IMG/VR virus record: IMGVR_UViG_3300043466_002015
Coordinates: 1,462-65,461 of that record
Source: a virus
Taxonomy: Duplodnaviria; Caudoviricetes
Strand: one strand, 5' to 3'
DNA: 64,000 bases
This document shows, piece by piece, positions 10,479 to 20,889 of this stretch. The position numbers and the translations under genes were made by a program. How positions within the stretch are numbered: the first letter of the stretch is position 1; every line of letters begins with the position of its first letter. The notes below the pieces were generated by a model. That model saw only the letters and a program-made list of their open reading frames with translations. It was not told the DNA's origin and ran no database searches.

Positions 10479-11042
10479 CTAAGTGATTCGACTACGAACA
10501 CAATCCGCCCACGCAGAAATGTTCGCGCCGTAAACTTGAATCCTGCCCTGAAGCGTATCAATCGTTGATAGGTTCGTTACCGTTGCGCACGTTGTTACCG
10601 TTGTCACCGTAGTCACAGTTGTCACCGTACCAACAGTTGTCACCGTTCCGCTTTCTATGATGCCAGTGACACGTTGTCGCTGTAGCGACTTATCAAAACC
10701 GAGGGGGGCCATAAGCATCGATAGGATGCGGCTCAACGTGTTGCGAGACTCCCCGTCTGCAACTGCCATATCATCAACAACATCGACCAACACCTGCAAC
10801 ACATCGTTTGAAGAATGCGTACTCGTATCAGCATCGAGCGTTAGTACATTGTTCGTAAACGATACCGCACCATTCGCTGAATCAGCAAAGTTGTAAATGA
10901 TTGTGTTTCGTGTGACGTTTGTAACGAGAAGTACTTGATTGAGCGTATAGCTTCGACCAACAAACGTAATCGTACCTGCGCCCGCTGCACCTGGAGCAAA
11001 GACCGTCGAGCCTGCAATATCAACGCCGATTTGTTTTTTCAT
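10479..11042 (-). CDS. Tail fibre-associated protein with a TTV tandem repeat
   Basis: LLVTNVTRNTIIYNFAD domain and a TVTTVGTVTTVTTVTTVTT tract. Confidence 0.55.
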   Translation of the reverse strand: MKKQIGVDIAGSTVFAPGAAGAGTITFVGRSYTLNQVLLVTNVTRNTIIYNFADSANGAVSFTNNVLTLDADTSTHSSNDVLQVLVDVVDDMAVADGESRNTLSRILSMLMAPLGFDKSLQRQRVTGIIESGTVTTVGTVTTVTTVTTVTTCATVTNLSTIDTLQGRIQVYGANISAWADCVRSRIT

Positions 11043-12547
11043 AGTGCAACTGCCATCGCGATTACGAACGCCTCCGAAACACCACCACCACCACCACCAC
11101 CGCTAATCGTTTCGATTTTATCCCACAAAGCATTCTTAGTTGGGACTTGAAGCGAACCGTTCCAGCTTCCACCGTAAACCTCGTCCGACACTTCCAAGCT
11201 AGCAGCAGTAATTGGCGCGCCTGCTGAATCGTTTCCTAGCCGGAAGTTGATCGCAGTTCCATTCCGTTTTAACATTGGGAAGGATGCATTATCTAGCCCA
11301 AGAAACAAGCGATCAAACCCGTCCGAAGTTGCGTTTGTGATCCGCAACTGTCCTGCTGCTGGAGTGTACAACACAACTTGCGAGGTCGATGCAGTCGCAT
11401 TGCTGCTATTGCTCAGGTTGAGTTGCGCGCCAATGAACGCACCACCTGTTTGAGCTTTGATGACACCCTGCGTCCCTGCTGAACCGCCAACGATTGCAAC
11501 TGTTCGAGCAGTCCCAGTACCTAGCACCTCGGAACCGATTACGAACTGATTCGACTCCCACCCAAGTCTTGCGCGTTCGTAGTTGCTTGCGTCCGTGTAG
11601 GTGTTGTAAATACGGAATGTTTGCGATGTAGTTCCGCTGCGCTGTTCAATCGTACTGGTGTTACCGAAGACGGCTTGACCCGCGCTAAATTGAATCACAC
11701 TTAGCCCGTTCGACATTAGATTGAGGTGATACCCGCCACCGGTCGTTCCGCCCAATGTTAAAACGCCGAGACTCGGGTTCATCGTGAAGCCTGCCCGTTC
11801 GAAGCCGCTCGAATTACACAAGGCTAGCCCAAACACCAAGTCCCCGTCTGTTACCGAAGCAATCTTGAATCGGTTTGTGTCCGCTTGATTGGTAACCGAT
11901 ACCGGGTTTGGAAACGAAAGCGTATTTCCAGTCGCCCCAGTTCCGAGTCCCTCAACGCCGATTGTTGCGGCTCCCGCTGTTGTCATTGTTGAGTACAGAC
12001 GACGATAGTTGCTCGCGTCAGTGTATGTGCCGTATAGACTAAATCGTTGCGCGTTGGCTCCGTTTCGTTGCGCTAACGTGTTTGCAGCATCACGGTGGAG
12101 GAATGTATCTTGCGTGCCGTTGCCGTTCGAACCTCCCGCCCAACTTAGCCATCCATCGGACGGAAGCTGAAAACTCCCAGGCTTGAGCGTTGCCCTCGGA
12201 GTATGACCAACGCCAGCACTTGACAGTGCCCAAGTCGCTGTATCAACCTGAGCGAGATACGTCACCGCACCCGCTATCCCGTGGATGCGGGCGTTCTTAT
12301 CAATGCGAAGCTTCGTCGCGCCTGCGATCTTGAGGTTAAGCAAGTTCGAATTTGGATCGCTCGCCGTATCGGTGACATCAATCGCAATGCCATCGAAGAC
12401 GGTTAAAGCATTGTTCCAAGTTTTTGCAACGTCAAGTTCAAGGCCGAGGACTGTTCGAATAGAAGCAGCATTAGCAGCAGTCAATACAGAACGACCAGTT
12501 GCGCTGGAGTCTAGTATTTGAGTTGATAGCAATGCTGACAGTCCCAT
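11039..12547 (-). CDS. Tail fibre protein
   Basis: Gly/Thr-rich with a duplicated QR.G...Q.F..Y.TYTDASNY.R unit and a poly-Gly plus IAMAVAL C-terminus. Confidence 0.65.
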   Translation of the reverse strand: MGLSALLSTQILDSSATGRSVLTAANAASIRTVLGLELDVAKTWNNALTVFDGIAIDVTDTASDPNSNLLNLKIAGATKLRIDKNARIHGIAGAVTYLAQVDTATWALSSAGVGHTPRATLKPGSFQLPSDGWLSWAGGSNGNGTQDTFLHRDAANTLAQRNGANAQRFSLYGTYTDASNYRRLYSTMTTAGAATIGVEGLGTGATGNTLSFPNPVSVTNQADTNRFKIASVTDGDLVFGLALCNSSGFERAGFTMNPSLGVLTLGGTTGGGYHLNLMSNGLSVIQFSAGQAVFGNTSTIEQRSGTTSQTFRIYNTYTDASNYERARLGWESNQFVIGSEVLGTGTARTVAIVGGSAGTQGVIKAQTGGAFIGAQLNLSNSSNATASTSQVVLYTPAAGQLRITNATSDGFDRLFLGLDNASFPMLKRNGTAINFRLGNDSAGAPITAASLEVSDEVYGGSWNGSLQVPTKNALWDKIETISGGGGGGGVSEAFVIAMAVAL

Positions 12548-12599
12548 TAGTTAACCCTCGTCTTGTTGCTTATTTGCTGGAATGCTTCGGGTGTTATGT

Positions 12600-12800
12600 T
12601 CACGAATCCATTTCTCCGAGTCGCAGTTTGATGCTCGCCAATTCACGCCAGAGTTGCTCGCGATCTGACTCGCAGGCTTCGCAACGCTTTTTGAGGTCGT
12701 CGTAACCACGTTGGAAAATGGCAAACAAAAAGGCAACGCAACCGGCAAGCGAGGTGATGACAGCACCTCCGAAGATTACAAGTAATGACTCTTGGCTCAT
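12600..12800 (-). CDS. Small membrane protein (holin-like)
   Basis: One N-terminal hydrophobic helix followed by a coiled coil. Confidence 0.45.
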   Translation of the reverse strand: MSQESLLVIFGGAVITSLAGCVAFLFAIFQRGYDDLKKRCEACESDREQLWRELASIKLRLGEMDS

Positions 12801-12890
12801 TTTGCACCAAACCCAATAATTGTTTACACCGCCAATTTAAGAAACGGGGCAGGCTTACCCTGCCCCTTACAGAAAAGAAAACCGAAGGAA

Positions 12891-13748
12891 CTACTCGTAC
12901 TGAGCGCAAGCCAGCCAGTCGATATTGATTGTCAACGCAGCATTACCGGCAATGTCCTTAATGCCGATGATCGGAGCGAGGAACGCATCGTCAGGAAACG
13001 TAACTGCATCAAGCTCAGATGCCGTCAATCTTGCAGGTGCCGATGCGGATCCAGCAAGCCTTCCGTTGACATAGAACTCCAGCGACTTCGGAGCTGCGCG
13101 ATAGCGGAACCCAAGCTTGACGTAGGTGTTCGCTACTGCGGTGTGCAGTGCATTCAACTTCGTCTTGGTTGCACCGTCCTGGTAAGTAAACGTGTCAGCC
13201 TTGTAAGCTGCGTCAATGGCTGCTCCTTCAGCTGACAAATGATTAAACCCAACAAAATTCTTGTCCGCAAGAACACCATTGGAAGCTGCGTCCACAAAAA
13301 AACCATCGGTCGCAATCATATTGGCTTCTCCTAGACCAATACCGTACGACCACTTGGCAGCTGTGATTGCCGAAACGGACAAGCGGCATTCAAAAGCCAA
13401 ATCATTGTTTGCAAGGAAGAAAGGCGCACTTGCCAATCCACCCCACTTGATAACAGCTTCATCGTTTACAGGACCATCAGCAGTTACTGCTAACGCCAAA
13501 ACTCCCTTTTCGGTCGCCGTGTCAGCAGCCAAAGCGGCTGTACAACCAGCAGTGAGCAAATTCATGTACGGACCAACAAGCGACGTTGCATTGAACGTAA
13601 AGAAGTCGTCAAAAAAACCAAAAGCAGGATTGCCGGTTGGAGTCTGAAACGAACTTCCAGTGGGATTCATGTTCGCCGGGGAACCGAACCCTTTCCACAA
13701 ACGAGGCGACAACAAGCGGGTCGAAATTTCATCAAAAAATGCGTCCAT
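12891..13748 (-). CDS. Capsid decoration/minor structural protein
   Basis: Directly downstream of the capsid gene, with an FFDDF motif. The start is taken at MDAFF after AAGGA. Confidence 0.55.
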   Translation of the reverse strand: MDAFFDEISTRLLSPRLWKGFGSPANMNPTGSSFQTPTGNPAFGFFDDFFTFNATSLVGPYMNLLTAGCTAALAADTATEKGVLALAVTADGPVNDEAVIKWGGLASAPFFLANNDLAFECRLSVSAITAAKWSYGIGLGEANMIATDGFFVDAASNGVLADKNFVGFNHLSAEGAAIDAAYKADTFTYQDGATKTKLNALHTAVANTYVKLGFRYRAAPKSLEFYVNGRLAGSASAPARLTASELDAVTFPDDAFLAPIIGIKDIAGNAALTINIDWLACAQYE

Positions 13749-13887
13749 CTTACAGTTTCCTTTCAAGGAAGTTTTAGGAGTATCCCAGCCTTGGGTGGGC
13801 GTTTTCCCAGTTAAAAAATTGGCGGGCAAATTTTACGTCTGCCCGCCAGAGACGTTTTCGAAAACTACTGACACATTGTCAGCAAGC

Positions 13888-15006
13888 TTATGCAGTTTCG
13901 GTCACAGTCTGAGTGCAATAGCCACGGAAGTTTCCGCGACGGTTGAAGCAAACCATCTGAACCGAGTCATCCATGCAGCGAACGCGAACGTTACTCATTT
14001 CTGGGTGCTGGAATGCCTTTCGCTTTCGCATTTGACGACCAGCAGCGTAGTACGCCTTAAAGGTTGCCCAGTTGACTCCAAGAATGATACCATCAGTTCG
14101 TGCATTAACGCTGTTTTGGTTCGTCCACGCTGGAACCCAAGTCAACGGAACGCCGCGGACATAAACCGTTCCACTGCGAGCAGCCATGTCATCGCCAATG
14201 TTATCGTTGCCCAATTGCAGCAGACGACGACCAGCAGCCAAGACACTGTGAGTGGTTAACAGCTCCCAATCCGATCGCTTCTGATCAACAATGTCAGGTC
14301 GCTGAACAGGAGGCGTAAATTGGCAAAGATCCATCGACGCAATCGTCTTCTCGACAAAATCGCTTCGGCTCACGGTTGCGTATGGGAACGTCCGATTTCT
14401 CCACTGAGGATAAGTAGAGCAGGAAATGCCACCGACACCGTTTGCACCCCAACCAACTGGCTCAAATCCGTTAAATCCTTCAGGAGCGTTGTTTTCAGTC
14501 GTGCTGTCATTCGTCGCGGTGATCCACCACAACAAAGACGCAACCGAAAATGGCGACTGGGTCGGACCAACAGGACCAGGACCAAAGATCATATCCTCCA
14601 TCCCCGCGTAGAACGAGGTCATGAGGTCTTGCTCCATCCCCTCGATGTAGTCGTAAATTTGACGACCACCCGAGCGGAAGATTTCCTCATCAATGTCGTA
14701 GTGGTAGTTGTTGGTGGTCAACGCCCATTTCAAGCTACCTTCATCAAGCGTGTTCACGCGAGTCGACGAATCACGGTGGTACAAACCAACAGTTTGAAAG
14801 TTATCGTTGGTGTTAACCTTGATCTTCCACTTGCACTGCGAGGTGCTCATCGTGTCTTTCTTCAGATTGCCCGAGAAAAGACGAGATGCGTATTTGTACT
14901 CTTGAAGCGGCAGAGACAAGTCCTGCGCTGCAAGTGTTTCTTCACCAGCAAACTTTTGTTGAATGCTGTTCACGAAATCATCAATTTGCTCAATCGATAG
15001 TGCCAT
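13888..15006 (-). CDS. Major capsid protein
   Basis: 372 aa in portal-scaffold-capsid order, with a GGI.....P.WRN motif and AAGGA RBS. Confidence 0.75.
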   Translation of the reverse strand: MALSIEQIDDFVNSIQQKFAGEETLAAQDLSLPLQEYKYASRLFSGNLKKDTMSTSQCKWKIKVNTNDNFQTVGLYHRDSSTRVNTLDEGSLKWALTTNNYHYDIDEEIFRSGGRQIYDYIEGMEQDLMTSFYAGMEDMIFGPGPVGPTQSPFSVASLLWWITATNDSTTENNAPEGFNGFEPVGWGANGVGGISCSTYPQWRNRTFPYATVSRSDFVEKTIASMDLCQFTPPVQRPDIVDQKRSDWELLTTHSVLAAGRRLLQLGNDNIGDDMAARSGTVYVRGVPLTWVPAWTNQNSVNARTDGIILGVNWATFKAYYAAGRQMRKRKAFQHPEMSNVRVRCMDDSVQMVCFNRRGNFRGYCTQTVTETA

Positions 15007-15025
15007 TTGGCTGTTCCTTTATTTA

Positions 15026-15982
15026 TTAAGACCGTTCCAGTTCTCGGTAGAGCCGATCAAATTCGTCGCGAGGGTTTTCTCGAGGAGGCAGGGGTTTTGT
15101 TGGACTCCCGCCCTGACGAAGCTGGTTCTGCTTGAAAACCTTCTGGGTCTGTTGTTTCAATTGTTTTTTACTCAACTCTTCTGAAAACACCATGTTGGCT
15201 ACACGTTTAACCAACTGGTCACTAAGCTCAGTAGGACGACCTAGACGATCAAGACCAATCATGTGAGCCATTACAGCCACATGCACGTCTTTTCTCCGCT
15301 CGAGTTCCTGCGGCGACTCACTTCCAGTTTTACCGAACAATTCGGCGTGACCCAGAGAGTCAATGTAGCTATCGAAGCGTTCCTCCTCGGCTTTCGAGCT
15401 GGCTTGAGCAAAATGCGACTCCAATGCTTCTAGCCGAGATTCGTAATGATCACGCATACGCGAAAATTCATCAACAATCTCGTCGTCATAGAGTTCCTTG
15501 CTCAGCGAAATCTCAAACCTATTGCCGCTTTTGTTGGCAGCACTTGGAGCTTTGTCTTCCTCCTGCTGTTCTTGCTTTTTGACAAACTGACCCTTCTCGT
15601 TACGAGCAGAGCCTTCCTCGCTTTCAGACATTGCCTTTCGGCCAGTTTCAAGCGCCCTCTTGTCAAACAATCGCAAAAACTTCTCCATCTCCTCGCGATT
15701 AGAAAACTCAGCAAGTTCAGACTCACTGATTCCATACGCGGCAACCTCAGCCTTTACTTTGTCATCCACCCACTCAGGAATGGCTGACTCGTCGCTGGTA
15801 TCCTCGCTTTGGCTTTCCACCTCAGCGGACTTACTGCCGGAAATATTCTCGGCTTGTTCGTTATCTACTGACTCAACGTCAGGACTACCTTTTCGTTCAG
15901 ACTCAGCTTCTTTTGCAATCGTGTCTGCAAAAGCTGCAATGTCTTCGCTTGTCATGTTTTCGTTCAAATCGACGCTACTCAT
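15026..15982 (-). CDS. Capsid scaffolding protein
   Basis: Acidic and helical with an RNEKGQF motif, immediately upstream of the capsid gene. The start could extend to 16006. Confidence 0.6.
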   Translation of the reverse strand: MSSVDLNENMTSEDIAAFADTIAKEAESERKGSPDVESVDNEQAENISGSKSAEVESQSEDTSDESAIPEWVDDKVKAEVAAYGISESELAEFSNREEMEKFLRLFDKRALETGRKAMSESEEGSARNEKGQFVKKQEQQEEDKAPSAANKSGNRFEISLSKELYDDEIVDEFSRMRDHYESRLEALESHFAQASSKAEEERFDSYIDSLGHAELFGKTGSESPQELERRKDVHVAVMAHMIGLDRLGRPTELSDQLVKRVANMVFSEELSKKQLKQQTQKVFKQNQLRQGGSPTKPLPPRENPRDEFDRLYRELERS

Positions 15983-16298
15983 CTCCATATCCCCCGTCCA
16001 TATCATGAAATCCGCGCATCTTCAGAAACTCATTTCGTGCGCGGCGACTTGTAAATTGCACTCGCCCGCTATTCCGCACAGCGGCTCCCTGAATGTTGTG
16101 CCTTCTGATCAGATCGCGAGTTTCCTCAACCTGACTTTTCATTACGCCACAACCTTCAGACACCAAAGGGTCGTGTTCCGTGTATGTGTTTGCAGCCATT
16201 GAAGGGCTTTCAAGCCAATCGCCCTTTCGAGGCATCAACTGGTCAAGCTCTTCAGCCGACACGAACTTTCCCTTGTACTTAAACTTCACTTCACTCAT
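15975..16298 (-). CDS. Hypothetical head-region protein
   Basis: 107-aa ORF coupled to the portal stop. Confidence 0.6.
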   Translation of the reverse strand: MSEVKFKYKGKFVSAEELDQLMPRKGDWLESPSMAANTYTEHDPLVSEGCGVMKSQVEETRDLIRRHNIQGAAVRNSGRVQFTSRRARNEFLKMRGFHDMDGGYGDE

Positions 16299-18088
16299 TG
16301 TCCCATCCCCTGCAACATCGAGTTTCTTTGCTGCGAATTGACTTGCGGATTGCCGCCCATCAGCGTTTGTATCAAAGCGTTATTTCGAGCCTGTTCTGTT
16401 CCACCGCCGCTAACATTCCGCCTTATCGTTTCTCTGCTCGTCACTGGAGATTGCCTGATGGTGTTCTCATCACCACCTAGCATCTCGGCTGGGTTTGCAA
16501 ACGTAATAAATCGCTTGAACTCAGGTCTGTTTTTGAGTCTCGCTATTTCGTCAACAATGGCTTCGGCATCAATCGAAGCTCCTGACGCCTGGAACATAGG
16601 CCAGAGCGGGGCAATCTCGCGAAGCACCTGAAACAACTCCTGAAGCTTCTGCTCTGGAGTTTTGAACACCATCGAATACGGCTCGACTCGAAAGTCGTAA
16701 TCCTCAAATTCGCCTTCCCGATAATCTGGCGTCCAATCGGAATCAACAACAATATTTGTGTTGTCCACTTGCATTGAAGTTTTAAGTTCAAGCGTTGTGT
16801 CCTCCCACATTAACCTCCCAAGATCAAGAATGCACTCGGATGCGAACGATACAACAGCCATTCGCATGTCGGCAACATTCTTGGAAACGTTTCCATGGAT
16901 CAGCTCTTCCTGCCCAAGAGTCGATGCTTGAGAACCCAAGCCACCCATCGCTTGAAGGTTCCCAGCAAATCTGTCGTACTCTCCTTGGAGGAACGTAGCG
17001 AGAGCCATGTCTCTTTGGTCGATGCCACCACTCTGGAACTGCTTAATCTGGTCAGGGCTTCGTCCTCTGTACCATCCGTTCCTCTCAGCAGTTCTCAATC
17101 GTTCTGCATCATCTTCCATTCCCGGAGGATAGACGTTAACAACGCGATGAGCGTCCGAATCATCCTCCATTCGCCTATGAAGGCGGTTCTGAAGATCATG
17201 CATGCCTTTCAGATTGATAGCTGGCGACGTTGGGATAATGTTGTCTGGCGTATCACCAAGCGACAAGAACTTGTAAGGTCCAGCTTGAGAACCAGTCCAA
17301 TTTCGCTCAATAAGTGGTGGCAAGTTTTGTTGATCGCATGCCATTGTCACAATGGAGTTGTTTTCGGCAATCCATATGTCTTGAAGCCAAACCATATCCT
17401 TCAGATCGTCGTCTTGAGCACTTCCCCAGTCGGACGCGATGTCTCGAGCAGCACCTACTGAATCTTGATGCTGACGTTGTGTCGGAACGAGCTTGTCCTT
17501 AACCTTTTTATTGTACCCTGGCTCATCCATTATCTTTTCGTAGTCGGCACGGTAGCGATGCCCGCAATACCGCATCTTGCTCAGCTCTTTAGCTGGCATG
17601 TCAAGAATCAGGTCATCGAGAGACACACGGTTAAACCACGGCTCACCCGGATCAAGCCACACGTCTTCCTCTGACTCGAGCAAACCATGAAATCGCGTAT
17701 CTGTGTCTCGCATCATGACAACGCCACAACCAAGACAGAAAAATGCGTCCATGACAATGGATCTGAACGTCTTGTCTAAAGACATGTCGCCAATCAACTT
17801 GGTCAGGTTGACTTCGAACCGCCTAGCGAAGGGGATCTTGTCTGCTCTCGAAGTAGAAACCAACACCATAGGGTTGTTGGCAGCGAGAGCCACCGTGTAG
17901 ATACGGGCTGTCTGGTTAATAAGGTTAACCAGCGTTTTGTTCTCAGCACCAGACTCAGCGTACCAAGAACCAACGTAATCTTTGATCAGTTCTTTTCTGA
18001 CACGACGAAACGGCTCTAGAGCATCTCGCGAAGAGCGAATTGCCTTATAAAGCCTGTCTCGTTTTTTTGGATCTTCTAAGTCAAACAT
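16295..18088 (-). CDS. Portal protein
   Basis: 597 aa, between terminase and scaffold, with a Gln-rich C-terminal tail. Confidence 0.75.
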   Translation of the reverse strand: MFDLEDPKKRDRLYKAIRSSRDALEPFRRVRKELIKDYVGSWYAESGAENKTLVNLINQTARIYTVALAANNPMVLVSTSRADKIPFARRFEVNLTKLIGDMSLDKTFRSIVMDAFFCLGCGVVMMRDTDTRFHGLLESEEDVWLDPGEPWFNRVSLDDLILDMPAKELSKMRYCGHRYRADYEKIMDEPGYNKKVKDKLVPTQRQHQDSVGAARDIASDWGSAQDDDLKDMVWLQDIWIAENNSIVTMACDQQNLPPLIERNWTGSQAGPYKFLSLGDTPDNIIPTSPAINLKGMHDLQNRLHRRMEDDSDAHRVVNVYPPGMEDDAERLRTAERNGWYRGRSPDQIKQFQSGGIDQRDMALATFLQGEYDRFAGNLQAMGGLGSQASTLGQEELIHGNVSKNVADMRMAVVSFASECILDLGRLMWEDTTLELKTSMQVDNTNIVVDSDWTPDYREGEFEDYDFRVEPYSMVFKTPEQKLQELFQVLREIAPLWPMFQASGASIDAEAIVDEIARLKNRPEFKRFITFANPAEMLGGDENTIRQSPVTSRETIRRNVSGGGTEQARNNALIQTLMGGNPQVNSQQRNSMLQGMGQ

Positions 18089-18171
18089 CCACAGTCGAAA
18101 TGGTTACGTCCAGTAATCCTATCTCGACTGGGTTTTAGCTCCAGCCTTTCATCAAACCAACTGACAACGTA

Positions 18172-18351
18172 TCAGATGGATTTCTTGGCAGAAGAGGGCG
18201 GCTTAGTTCCTTCAAGAACCGCCCTCGTCTGCGCAAGATTTAACGCTGATTGCGAAAAATGCAACGCCTTTTGGGCGTCAGGCTGAGCCTTCACTTGATC
18301 TGCCAATTTTCCAATTGCTAAGTCAATTTTTTCGTACAGCTCTTGTTCCAC
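18172..18351 (-). CDS. Small protein (59 aa) between terminase and portal
   Basis: Manually read GTG-start ORF MEQELYEKIDLAIGKLADQVKAQPDAQKALHFSQSALNLAQ..., flanked by two similar hairpins. Confidence 0.55.
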   Translation of the reverse strand: MEQELYEKIDLAIGKLADQVKAQPDAQKALHFSQSALNLAQTRAVLEGTKPPSSAKKSI

Positions 18352-18403
18352 TTTTTACCAACCCTTCAGGTTTTATCCTTGAACATTATGGCTAAGATAT
18401 CTT

Positions 18404-20305
18404 CTAGTCTCGCAAAACATCCCGTATTCCGTATCTCGGACTACTGGGTTTAATTCCACGTCGCTCCTGTTTCTCTCGCCAAAGAAAACTCCCATACTCT
18501 GGATTCTGACCGTTTTCTGTGTCGCTGTCAACTTTTACATTTAAATTATCTGTTGCAAACACTAACCAGGAGCCAGCTGCTGATATTGCGCGGTCTCCGT
18601 GATTCTTATCTGTAGCACCTTTGTTTTTAGTGGGAGCATGTACAATTTTAGCTCCGTCCCACTCATATTCTCCGCACTCAGCGATCATTTCGGCAGACCT
18701 TGGAATGTATCGCTTTTGCTCCATAGCGAGAGCAAACTGCTCAAACATATCTGCCTTGTCTACATCTCGACACGGAAATCCAGCCTTGCGACTTTTCTTC
18801 TGAGAGCCTAGCTGCAACACATCGCGATAAAATACGTTCCCATAATTGCAAACCTCAACTACTTCTTTGGCAAAACCTCCAGACACGCCAGAATCTTCCC
18901 AACCTAGAAGTGCTTTTCGCATCCACAGCGACAAACCAACGGCTATTCTTGCAAATGGACGAGGTTCCAAACCTTTGATGGTGTATTCCAGCACTTGTTC
19001 GCCAGTTCGATTGTCGATTCCCGAGGCTACGGAGTTGGACGAATATGCACCAACACCTCCTGACGCAATGTCACAAGCGATCGTAAAGGGACCGAGAGGA
19101 GCGCTGTTATCAATCCCTGGCTTAAACCACAAAGCAAGCGGTCCATCGTCCTTTGGGATGAGTCCCTTTAGTTCCAGCGTCTCTTGGTCAAACACGGGAG
19201 TTCCTCGCCACACCGGCTTCTGAGAGTTCTCTCGCTTCATCCTATCCAGCAAGTCGGGAGCAAATACCTTACCCGCAGAACCTTTGGCGTCCATGTCGAG
19301 TTCTCGAGCAATGTACCTTGGGGTCGATCCAGGTACAAGGCAGTGCGAGTCGTACCAAGGCGATCTCACCTTGCCTTCGATTTTATGCCCCTTCCTTTCG
19401 ATTGCACGAAGTTCCTTTTCGTGCGACTTGACATACTTGTCAACTTCCTCCTGATCCTCTGGCTTTACAGCCGACACTACGCCATCCTGCTTGACGTAAG
19501 CCAGCTTGGAATGCTCAGGGTTATCTTTCCAATCGAGAGAGTACACTCGCGGATTGTCTGGATCTGTAGCCGACTCGTAAAACACACCCGTATCGGCGCC
19601 GAAAGTCGAGCAAAGAAAAACGCAGTTCGTCACATGCGCCACGCTGCTCATGATTTTGTAATCGATGCCACCCGATATAAACTCTTCTGAGCCAACTTCG
19701 TCAAACGCGAACAGCGTCGTTCTACCTCCACGGGCAACGTCGGCAGTGGCAGAAAAACCAATCCACACAGCATCTGTTTTTGGTATTCGAATCGTATGGT
19801 CTGTGATGTTTCGATCGTAACCGTCGAGCATCCACAGCGGCAGCTTGTCGAGCATCATCGACAGCTTGTTCATAACAGCCGATGGATCCTTGGAGTCCAT
19901 CATCTTTTCGTTTCGAGTTACAAGACCCGAGGAGAATCCTTTCTCGATTAACGCGCGACGAATCTGAACTCCCAGATACGTGTACGTCCCTCCTTGAGCC
20001 CGGCTTTTCTTCACTGTCACCGAGACAGGATGTTCTTTATCCATCGCCTCGGTGATTGCATCATCCATAGCCATGATCACCGTCTCTTGGTGCTCCCAAG
20101 GTACGAACGGCTTCATTTTGATCTTGGCTCGAGGTTCATGCACCCATAAAGCAAACGCGAAGAAAAACAGAGGATCGTCTTCACACGCCTGGAGCAGAGC
20201 ACTCCTAAATCGTTCGTCTATCAATGCTCGTTCTCGACAACGAATACGCCATTGCAAGTTTTCCGCAATGTTCTTTGGCGCTAAGTCGTAAAACTGTGAC
20301 GGCAT
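18404..20305 (-). CDS. terL: Terminase large subunit
   Basis: Walker A-like KSRAQGGT, Walker B FAFDE, STF coupling motif, nuclease ACDIASG and HGD motifs. Confidence 0.9.
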   Translation of the reverse strand: MPSQFYDLAPKNIAENLQWRIRCRERALIDERFRSALLQACEDDPLFFFAFALWVHEPRAKIKMKPFVPWEHQETVIMAMDDAITEAMDKEHPVSVTVKKSRAQGGTYTYLGVQIRRALIEKGFSSGLVTRNEKMMDSKDPSAVMNKLSMMLDKLPLWMLDGYDRNITDHTIRIPKTDAVWIGFSATADVARGGRTTLFAFDEVGSEEFISGGIDYKIMSSVAHVTNCVFLCSTFGADTGVFYESATDPDNPRVYSLDWKDNPEHSKLAYVKQDGVVSAVKPEDQEEVDKYVKSHEKELRAIERKGHKIEGKVRSPWYDSHCLVPGSTPRYIARELDMDAKGSAGKVFAPDLLDRMKRENSQKPVWRGTPVFDQETLELKGLIPKDDGPLALWFKPGIDNSAPLGPFTIACDIASGGVGAYSSNSVASGIDNRTGEQVLEYTIKGLEPRPFARIAVGLSLWMRKALLGWEDSGVSGGFAKEVVEVCNYGNVFYRDVLQLGSQKKSRKAGFPCRDVDKADMFEQFALAMEQKRYIPRSAEMIAECGEYEWDGAKIVHAPTKNKGATDKNHGDRAISAAGSWLVFATDNLNVKVDSDTENGQNPEYGSFLWREKQERRGIKPSSPRYGIRDVLRD

Positions 20306-20419
20306 ATTTGCTGTTAAAAGTAAAAAAGGTCACGCAACTTGATGCTGCGCGACCCCAGGAGATTTGCTCTGAGAGAGCAGCATTAATATATCTGCAAATG
20401 ACAACGTGTCAAATACAGA

Positions 20420-20716
20420 TCATTTCCTTTCAAGAGCTTCCCTCATACTCATCGTTTTCAGTCTAGCCCTCAAGGTCGATTCCTTGATTCCATGCGAGGT
20501 AGCCCACTCCTTCAGCGTCATTTTCTTTCCGGCGTGATAAATGCCGCACATTCCACAGGATGACGTGTGTCCGCTTTGCAAGTGATCCAGCCTTACTTCA
20601 GCTTGGTCGCCGCATGTGCAATCGCAACGAAACTTTCGCTTCCCTGACGACTCCACCTCGCAAATCACCTTCAAGTTCCCGTAAACCGTTCCAGGCTTCA
20701 CTTCTATCCTTCTCAT
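20420..20716 (-). CDS. Homing-endonuclease-derived protein lacking the HNH core
   Basis: YGNLKVI...CDCTCG...L.SG.T.SCG N-terminal domain joined directly to a TLKEWA...GI...TL..RL helix-turn-helix. Confidence 0.6.
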   Translation of the reverse strand: MRRIEVKPGTVYGNLKVICEVESSGKRKFRCDCTCGDQAEVRLDHLQSGHTSSCGMCGIYHAGKKMTLKEWATSHGIKESTLRARLKTMSMREALERK

Positions 20717-20815
20717 TAACCAAACCTATCCTCGCCAGAAAACCACATCAATGCACACATTGTAGCAACATAGACCCAATTACACAACAAAGTGCCATTT
20801 AGGCGACTACCCTAC

Positions 20816-20844
20816 TTGACACAGTTACGGCCGTAACCTAGCAT
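20816..20844 (+). promoter_or_regulatory. Sigma70-type promoter of the resolvase with a palindromic operator
   Basis: TTGACA-17 nt-TAGCAT. The spacer contains the perfect palindrome GTTACGGCCGTAAC (20824-20837). Confidence 0.7.
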
Positions 20845-20889
20845 TGCCAACGTTGTTTCGTTTGTTTTTACTCGCAAGGGAGATTTGCA

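Noticed and set aside
7011-12547. Diversity-generating retroelement acting on fibre genes
   Set aside because: No reverse transcriptase is seen, and the internal repeats are protein-level duplications rather than adenine-specific TR/VR pairs.
109-20300. Many plus-strand ORFs across the structural region, and likewise within 36-64 kb
   Set aside because: They are antisense shadows of long minus-strand genes with no recognisable motifs.
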